Source: Octopus vulgaris
Lineage: Eukaryota
Assembly: GCA_951406725.2 (NCBI GenBank)
Contig: OX597826.1
Coordinates: 17,112,001 to 17,176,000, forward strand
DNA: 64,000 nucleotides
Direction of reading: 5' to 3'
Below the pieces are notes generated by a model. That model worked only from the letters and a program-made list of their open reading frames with translations. It had not been told where the DNA came from and searched no databases. Numbering within the stretch: position 1 is the first letter of the stretch; each line of letters starts with the position of its first letter. Positions 54,599 through 64,000 of the stretch are shown here, piece after piece. A program made the position numbers and the translations under genes.

Positions 54599-55125
54599 GC
54601 AAGATCCAAAGATCAAGGTGTAGGAAGATAGTAAGCTTCGAGTAGCCCGTAGAAGGTATAAAACACAAATTTCAGAACTAACTGTGGTTTATTGATGTTA
54701 AAGCTTGTAAATGTTCTCCCGTTTGATAAGTTGCAAAAATTGTTTTATAGCTTACGGTTAGCAGTAGGGGTTGCTGTTTATGCGAATAGAAATCCAAATT
54801 TCTATGGAGTATCTATAATTTGGGATATATGTGTATGTTTAAGATAAAGCTGAAGGTGACGACAATGACAACGACGGAATGATGACCATCATCATCACGA
54901 TGTGGTGGTGGTGGTGGTGGTTTTATTGATGATGGCGATAACGACCGTGAAATTTGTATTCGAGTAAGATCATTTCTCGGTGGATAGTTTTGTATCCTTC
55001 TTTCCTGGAGCCGACCGAATTGCCAACACTTTAAAACACTGCAAAACGATCACTGGACCACAAGAGGCCCGAACACATTAAATTAACGTGTATATATATA
55101 CGTATATATATATATTATATATATA

Positions 55126-55201
<76 letters not shown>

Positions 55202-55502
55202 CTGAAATCAAAACAATGCATGCAACACAGACAGTGTATATAAATGACGGCATATATATATATTTTATATACGGACGTATTTCGTATCCGTATAACTTAA
55301 AATTGTATGATATCATTTCATATTTCTTTACCTGTATGTTTGCTTCAGTGCTGTGTTTCTGATATATATATATTCTATTCGGTGTGTTGGTGACAATAAA
55401 CCCTAATTATATACTTAAATTTTCCTCGAATATTTTATGCCGAAATCTACTTGGTGTAATTGATAATTATTCCTAATTAATTAATTTCACCCTTTATTAT
55501 TA

Positions 55503-55581
<79 letters not shown>

Positions 55582-58500
55582 ATATGTATGTATGTATATA
55601 TATATGTATACATGTATACGTATGTATGTATATATGCATATTGCCTTGTAAATGAAAATATCACAGAAATTATTGCAGAATTCTGTTTAATATTCCCTCT
55701 TCCGAATTTTTTCAAATATTATCGATTCGGTTTGCAAAGTTAAGTTATAGGGAAAGTTGAATATGGCATTCTTTAGAGAACATGGAACTATGAGATGATA
55801 ACGGGTAACTAAACAATGGAACGATATAAGGCTTTACAATGACTGTTAATATGCGAAGAAAATTTGTAGAAAGTGTCAGACTTTTAAAGAAACTTTAAAA
55901 AAACTATTCTTTATTTTTTTTTTTTTCAATTCAAGAATTTTTAACATATGTCTTAGGTATCTTTAACCATATTTTTCAGGCATAGCTATACATTATTACA
56001 CTGGACTGTGACCGAGAATGGTGCATTATTTTTCATTTCAAATTGTTTAAATCTAACGAACGGATAAGCCCGTTGATGTTTTTTGTCCAATAAAGTCATT
56101 TCCATATAATAATCATACGGTTTACAATTTTTTTAAAAGATACACATCTTAAAAATTTATTAAGTTAGAACTATTTTTCTTCGTATGGGAATATGTTGGT
56201 AGAAAGCGTTGTTCTGTGTAATGACTACAGACAAAATATGAATATTTTAATTACATGAGCATTGACTGTCTGAAATGATAGGTGTAGGATAATAACAAAC
56301 ATACAACATTATCCGGCACAAACACCTTTTTACGATCTGCGTATCTGGATTTGTTTTGTCGCTATTTCGAATAATTTCAGTTGATCCTCTCAATTTTACA
56401 TAGTGGAATGTTTTAAAACAATCAACCGTCACTCACTGTCTTTCTCTTTTTCTATATCTTTTCCTTTCAACTTCTTTTACTATTTCTTTAACCACATACA
56501 ATTCGCTCTCGCTTACCGGATTTCCCTTCAACCTTTCCCCTACTTACAATCCATGCTCTCTTTTGATTTCTATTCGTTCTCAAAAAGCTGTCTTCCAACT
56601 ATTTCATAGATACGATACAAAATGTATGTGTGTGTGTGTGTGTGTATGAAAAGTGTAATTATATTGATATACATCTGAGATTTGTATTTTTATTTTCAAA
56701 ACAATTTCACCCTCACGTTCATTAAGTATAAGTATATATGATTTTATTTGCAAATAATGGTTTGTTAATCTGTGCCTGGAAATGAAGAAGTTATTTGCTT
56801 GTTTCGTAAATATTATATAACCTTTTTTCCTAGTCAAATATTGACATCTTTCTACCTTCCACCTACAGCGGTTACATAAAGAGCTAAGCAGGATAATGTA
56901 CAGATAAATCTACGCAGCTGCGATGTTCAGTTATCTGTTGTACAACTATCTCAAATAGAATCATAATATAATCCAAGTAAAACTGTTTTCCATCATCTGC
57001 AATTAAAATTTCACCAACTGATTTCTTATTGCAATGAAATACTACAAGAGATCCATTATTCATAAACGTCTGTCCTTAGAGATTATAGCAACAGAGGCAT
57101 GTAACTGAAGATAGAGAGGTTGAGAAATGATTGGGCAACATATTGTTTTGAACGAAGGCCCCCATCAAAATGTCAATACATAAATAATGGTTTTGCTCTT
57201 CTAATATTGAAAGTCTTATCACTGATTTCTTTGCATGTGTATATTCTGTTGAATTCTTGATTTCATTGATCTTGGTCTAATGCCGCGTCGATGAATTACT
57301 TCAATTTGAAAAATCTAATGGGGAAACAGAGTAACTAATTAATTATGCAATACTTAAATGATATCACGTTTAAAGCTGATTAACTGATTACATATTGACT
57401 ATGCAAATAATATCACAGAAACTCCGGTGTTAGTAACATGACACACCTTTTTGATAAGCTTTGTTGTAACATGGTTGAGCTACTGGATTTCAGATTTACT
57501 TAAAACTATGAAAAGATGGAATCAAATTATATCAATACATTAATCTGCTTCTATCGGTTTCAATTATATCGAAACATTCTGTAATTTATATCTATATATA
57601 CTACAGGATTCTACCGTCAATGAGATGTGGAGGATTCTGTAACGTAATGTTATGTAGAAAAGTATGAGTGGACAACAAATCTATACTCACCAGAGTTACA
57701 CCCAGAACTGACGTGTAGTGATGGAAGTATTTAACAAGACACAAGACAATGTCAAAATAAACATTCAAGCAACATGCACTCGTCTGATGAAACGTCGTTC
57801 TTTAATGGTCAAAATAAAAATTCCGACGGTAAAATCTACACCAAATGCATTAGCTCAACCTACAATAAATCAGGAGTATCATGCACCAACATCACTTCAC
57901 TCTGAAGCTGAGATTACGAATTTCTGGAAACGTTTTTGATGGGTTTAAGAACTTTAACTTCAAAGCAAGTGGCAAGACACTCATACGGCAATATGAAAGA
58001 GAACTTGATAGAAAAGCTAAACCTAAAACACGGTCACAATTCCAATACATCTAAAAAATAAAAGCGTTGACTGATAGAAATATGAAACTCTCCTCCATGT
58101 ACTGAATTCCTTATTCTGTGATTTTTTGTCATTATTTATAACAAAGTTTTATATGAACGCATATACCCATTTTAAACATATATTGAAATATTAATAATAA
58201 TCAGAAACAAATATATTTTTCTATGAAAAACATTTCAGTTGCTTTACATAAATAACACTTCAATTGTCTACTATTGAAACCTGAAAGATTCATCAAAATC
58301 AATTTTATAATTCTGCTTTATAAAGTGACAGGTTCTTTAAAACAACCCGAGATAAAATTTCCATTCAAAATGTAGGTTTTTAGCTATATTTGCTGTGTAA
58401 GACTAGGAGTTATTATGTCACGAAAAGTGTAAAACAATTTTCTGCGTAAGGATATATTTCAAAACAAAGTAGGCTACTAATAAAAATCACAACGGGAGCC

Positions 58501-58874
58501 TTATTAGATCTTATTAGATCATCGATTTGATGGGGACCAAAACAGGTGTGTTTCAAAGTGCGCAGGAGTGACAATAGAGATTCATATGAAACAGATTTTC
58601 CAAGAATAGTAAAATTATTTTAAATTAATTCCAGAAAATTTACAACTCATATTCGTAACTAAACACTGTCTATATAAGTAAATGAATATAAATAAATTTA
58701 TTAATCCAATTTACATCGAATATTTTTTTATCGATTACAATAAGAAAGATTACAAAAATTTTTCAGAAATTGCATTAAAAATCGGATTAAGCCCCTTGGC
58801 AGCTTTGCTGATTTGGGCGAGTTGGTATGAGGTTAGAAAATTTAAAAATAGGTCAATAACTATTCTCTCTCTTT

Positions 58875-59071
58875 TTACTCTTTTTACTTGTTTCAGTCAT
58901 TTGACTGCGGCCATGCTGGAACACCGCCTTTAATCGAGCAACTCGACCCCGGGACTTATTCTTTTGTAAGCCCAGTACTTATTCTATCGGTCTCTTTTGC
59001 CGAACCGCTAAGTAACGGAGACATAAACACACCAGCAACGGTTGTCAAGCAATGCTAGGGGTCAAACACAG

Positions 59072-59134
<63 letters not shown>

Positions 59135-59310
59135 TATACATATATACGACAGGCTTCTTTCAGTTTCCGTCTACCAAATCCACTCACAAGGCTTTGGTCG
59201 GCCCGTGGCTATAGTAGAAGACACTTGCCCAAGGTGCCACGCAGTGGGACTGAACCCGGAACCATGTGGTTGGTAAACAAGCTACTTACCACACAGCCAC
59301 TCCTGCGCCT
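58875..59310 (-). mobile_element. tRNA-derived SINE family B
   Basis: Near-identical to 22944-23346. Confidence 0.88.
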
Positions 59311-59559
59311 ATATCAACAACAAAAAATAGAAACGTCCTTTGCATGCAAGCAAGGTGGGCAAAAACGTATATAAAAAGTAAATCTCTTTTTGTCAAGAAA
59401 TATAAAATATTACGAATGTTATAAATACTGTAGGTCTATAAAATTAAGTTTATAAATGAGTTTGGTTCAGCAGAAGGTGGGTTTTTAATGATTTTTTAAA
59501 ATTTGACAGCGAAAATATGTTTTTCCTTTTTAGCTTTCGCGGTAAAATATTATTCCCTA

Positions 59560-59990
59560 TGTTAATACAGTTGTAAATAAAACTTTTTTAACAAATTGAT
59601 ACTCGACAACAGGGTGGTTCAAAATTCAAGTCATCGATACCTCTTGTTTGGTAGTTATGGGGGAGAGAATGGCGAACGAATAATTTCATAGAAATAAGGT
59701 TGTTGGTGTTGATGAAATATTTTGTGGAACTTGATGGTAGATTTGTATATATATATATATATATAAATATATATATACATATTATTAAACGAAAGTAATT
59801 TTGATTGAGGATTGTTTATTCTAAGAGTCTTCCATGATTTATGAATGGCATGGTTGAGTAGCGAACTTTGCTATTTCTCCAGGCAGCAACACAGTAAGAT
59901 AATTTTGAGTATATTAAAGAATAATAAAGAGTGAGTATAACATAAAAACAGTAGGCTGGAACTTCAAAGAATATGCTATATATTTCTATA
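59560..59990 (-). mobile_element. Decayed L2/CR1-like LINE C-terminal fragment
   Basis: LTLYYSLIYSKLSYCVAAW and PHNYQTR motifs. Confidence 0.6.
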
Positions 59991-60086
59991 TCAAATAGAT
60001 CTGCTATATATATGTGTGGTGCGTGTGTGTGTGCATGTGTATGTGCACACATACACATGCACACATATATCTATCTATCTATACAT

Positions 60087-60222
<136 letters not shown>

Positions 60223-60566
60223 GTATGGGTTATATTTTATTTATGCCAACGATATAGTGTCTATATTCTCGACCATCCAAAGAAAACTGCACCCCAGTCA
60301 ATATTAAAGCGTACGACTTATAGAACTGAATATCCCTTACGGCATTTCTAAACCAGTATACAAAACTTACATATATATATATATATACATGTAAGTTTTG
60401 TATACATGTGTAGGTATGAACAGGCGCGCTTACGCGAATACTATGAATTTTTTTACCTCCTTACTTAGCGGTCATTTGAATAGCTCTTTTGTATTAATAA
60501 TGGTCAATCACATAGTAATTTCTCTTTGTATAACGGTCATTTTTCATAGCATTTTTCCGATTGCCG

Positions 60567-60627
60567 GATAACTGAAGAGATGATGGCGTGGATTTCCACC
60601 TCGGCATCCGAAACTCAGAGTTTTATC
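60567..60627 (+). ncRNA. Type I hammerhead-like motif
   Basis: gataa CTGAAGA gatg...catcc GAAA ctc a gag TT ttatc. Stem I is perfect, stem II has one bulge, and the triplet is GUU. A truncated copy lies at ~26990-27046. Confidence 0.65.
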
Positions 60628-60719
60628 ATGGCTACCGAATAATTGTCACATATTATATTTACAGATAAGTTCCTCTATTTACATAATATTGAGGTCTTTG
60701 TGTTATCTTACCGTTTTTA

Positions 60720-60840
<121 letters not shown>

Positions 60841-61546
60841 TATATTGTTATTTAATTGACCTCATCCATTTCCAAGTAGATTTATCTTAACCTTTTTGAT
60901 CTATACCGTTTTCTTCCCCATCCTTCTCAAATTCCCTTTTTCTCCCCTTCACCGTTTTCTATCTTCCTCTCTCACCCTCTTTCTCTTTTTCTCCCCTTGC
61001 TCACACCTGATTATCGTCCATCTTTCTTTTCCTACACGACGTTCTAGGGCCTGGGCGTCTTCTATATCTTTCCTATCTTTACTCTTTTCAAAGAAAATAT
61101 TTCTTCCAGCGTTCACTACTTTCCACACGTTCCAATCTAACTACCACCCATGTTTATTTTTGTTCGGTTTCCTTGTACGTCTCCACCACTCTGTTTTTGT
61201 TCCCAAATCTGACTCTCCATAAGTTCAAAGTATATTTAATTTGACGTTAGGAATGATTGTTTGCAGGTTCTGTGATGGCGTTTATCGTCATCTCTAAATT
61301 GTAACAAATAGTATCCAGTAGGTGTCTTGAATGTAAGACAGTCTAATAGCAAATTTGCTTGTCTAAAGCCTGTAGAAAACATGCTGATGTGAAAGAAATA
61401 TTGTCTGGAGCTGACTTCAGTATTGAATTTCTATCATATTTCCTAGTATGAGTCATTACTGAGCTCGCCCAAAATTATTATCCTGTCGCCCACGCTGGGT
61501 GCCAGGTGAATGCGTATTTCCTTCATCCTCAAAGATAACTTCTCCA

Positions 61547-61604
<58 letters not shown>

Positions 61605-61648
61605 CATGTGTATGTATGTATGTATGTATGCATATATATGTATGTATA

Positions 61649-61682
<34 letters not shown>

Positions 61683-61763
61683 CGTATTAACATATACATA
61701 TAATATATATCTAAATATATATATGTATATGCATATATACATACACACATATATATACACATA

Positions 61764-61822
<59 letters not shown>

Positions 61823-62124
61823 CATACATACATATATACATACATATACATATACATAGAAAGAGAGAGAGAAAATAAACCAGTGTGTTAGAATTTCATA
61901 TGTTCCATTAAGCTTACAAAAGTAGAAAATTCGTCTTATGTATCAGATAATTTCACGTTAAATATTTGTCGCTTATAATGGAAATGAAATTTAAATAAAA
62001 GGAGCATACCAAGAGAATATAAAGCTATTTATTCATTTATGATGTATATAACGCGTGTAAAGACATTATGAATAAGTAATTTAACACTATATAATCTAAA
62101 CATATATCTTTTGTATATGTGTGA

Positions 62125-62169
<45 letters not shown>

Positions 62170-63638
62170 TGTGTGCGCGCGTGTGGGTGTGTGTGTGTGT
62201 GTGTGTGTATGTGTGTGTGTGTGTGTTTTGGCATGCGTTTTTGTATGTAAATTTTTTACTATTACAGATATATTATTAGATTCTTCTATTACTTTCAGTT
62301 TCGAGCACCGATTCTACTGAACACCTGCTACTCTTCTGGCTCCTAACTATTTTTTGTTTTAGTGTTATATTTTGAACAACACCTCTAATAATTGCAACAT
62401 AAATTTTAGCATACCATATAACATATGTATCTCAGATTGTCAAAACATTGACTATGAATCAACGATTGATATATATACTGGTAATAAAGAGAAGCACGGT
62501 AATTTTGTTTCAGTTTTCCGGTATAAAATACTTTCTTCCATTTATTATTTATATGCGATATTGAGTTCTACTTTCAGTCTATTTTGTTAGAACAACAAGT
62601 ATCAATTTAGATGTGTACACCACTTTGAATTATTTAATCAGAAAACAATAATGTAAAACATAATCAGAAGTTTTTTTAGATACATCGGAGATCTCATGTT
62701 GATTTAGAAAATGGTTGCAAGACCTCAGACACACGGGGTGAGAAAATAAGATATTATGATATTCATGCTTTTTAATAAATTGTTAGTCGTAATCAAAACG
62801 AAATGCCTAAATCGGCAAAACCAGAGATAGGTTACGTGCTTGTATTGTCGTGAGCTTATTATAAATATTGCTGCAGATATCCAAATAATAAATATTAAAA
62901 TAAAGAATATAGAGAATGTATTGAGTGATAGAATGAACACATGAAACATCTGCTTTGACTCAAAGAGATCTTGAATTACAATAAAGGATGTAAGTTAAAG
63001 CTTCATATTTCTCTACAGTAAAAACATGCAAGAGAGTAACAGAAAGAGTTAATTCTATGTCCACTGTATTCAACCTTTTCAGAACAACTTCATTAATTCA
63101 TGCAGTTTTCATAAGTCTGAAATAGAGAGACTGGCAATCCCTTTTATCATCAATATATGATATTGAAAGCAAGAAGCAATAGTTTGAAAAACAATCGATG
63201 AATTGATTGCGTAATAAAATGATATAAGGGAACACGAACTAGACTGGATTTCTTTTGTTCTTGCCTAGAGAATACGAATTAGCAATGTTAGCTAAGCAAG
63301 AAGTGATCAGATGATCAGTTCCTCCCTAACTCGGTCAGTAAACTCGATGTATCTTTTGATAAATAATATTTCTGACATAGAGCAGAGACCAAAAAATTGG
63401 GTGGTTAGAACAGACTATCACACTGGTCTCTGTATCTTTAAAGGTAGCATCTATGCTTCTTTCTGAGTGTTCCGTAACTTCAATGCGGAAGTTCTGCGTA
63501 GACTAGGCATATGGCTCAAAAATATGCTATGGGGGTGGACTGCGCTAAAGGTATGAAGAGCTGGTGTGTAATGTTAAACCAGGGTGCGGATTGTTTATTC
63601 TTCCAGTTCAAGGAATCTCTCTTTCTTTCTCTCTCTTC

Positions 63639-63673
<35 letters not shown>

Positions 63674-64000
63674 ATTCTCTTCTGTCTACTATATTTTGCA
63701 GGCGATGTTTTGAAAATGTAAGAAATCACTTGTTCGAGATTCTGTATAGTGTTATGAAAGTTTCAAACATGTAACTGCAAAACGAATTTCATAATTGCAC
63801 ATCCATGTATGCACCCAATTGACTGATACTAGATGACCGGACCATTTAGAATAGTTTTCTTCTTCAGGGACACAGAAATATTCAATGGTGATAAATTGTT
63901 AAAATGTCTCCATTAGTAATCCTTTTTCTTCAATGCGTTCTTCTAATAAATCCTTAAATCTCTTCCATCATTATTTCAAACGAGTATAAATCTCTGTCTA

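Noticed and set aside
54756-54812. 57-nt open phase-0 segment between AG and GTAAG (ILHRNLDFYSHKQQPLLLT)
   Set aside because: No recognisable ATD similarity and a weak pyrimidine tract; expected by chance.
57691-57859. Candidate upstream exon (acceptor atttattgtag, donor gtgagt, minus strand)
   Set aside because: All three frames contain stops and there is no iGluR ATD similarity; it could only be a non-coding exon and has no support.
62285-62345. Hammerhead-like remnant (CAGAAGA...GAAA ctgaaag TA, minus strand); similar remnants at ~3720-3777 and ~25262-25280
   Set aside because: The core or stem I is broken, so these are listed only as remnants and not as features.

Overview
AT-rich, microsatellite- and repeat-dense eukaryotic DNA. 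The SINE/LINE complement suggests an octopus/cephalopod genome (inference). The only recognisable host gene is the 3' part of an ionotropic glutamate receptor-family gene on the minus strand. It has five GT-AG exons (53224-53352, 47402-47623, 43412-44235, 2556-2739, 1001-1126) that splice in frame to about 494 aa, with one 40.7-kb intron; the N-terminal exons were not found. The receptor is atypical: a genomically encoded Arg at the Q/R site, Lys at the +4 pore position, VYTANLAAF in M3, and a GluN1/delta-like ligand pocket. The introns contain decayed Dong/R4-like LINEs beside (TAA)n tracts, CR1- and RTE-like LINE pieces, mariner elements, a Gypsy remnant with LTR and PBS, a non-autonomous Helitron and many tRNA-derived SINEs. 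There are also about 11 type I hammerhead-ribozyme-like motifs of the Penelope-pLTR kind. Several sit in long inverted repeats, one is canonical and in the gene's sense orientation, and one forms the 3' tail of a tRNA-headed SINE. Most ORFs in the supplied track are microsatellite or repeat artefacts.
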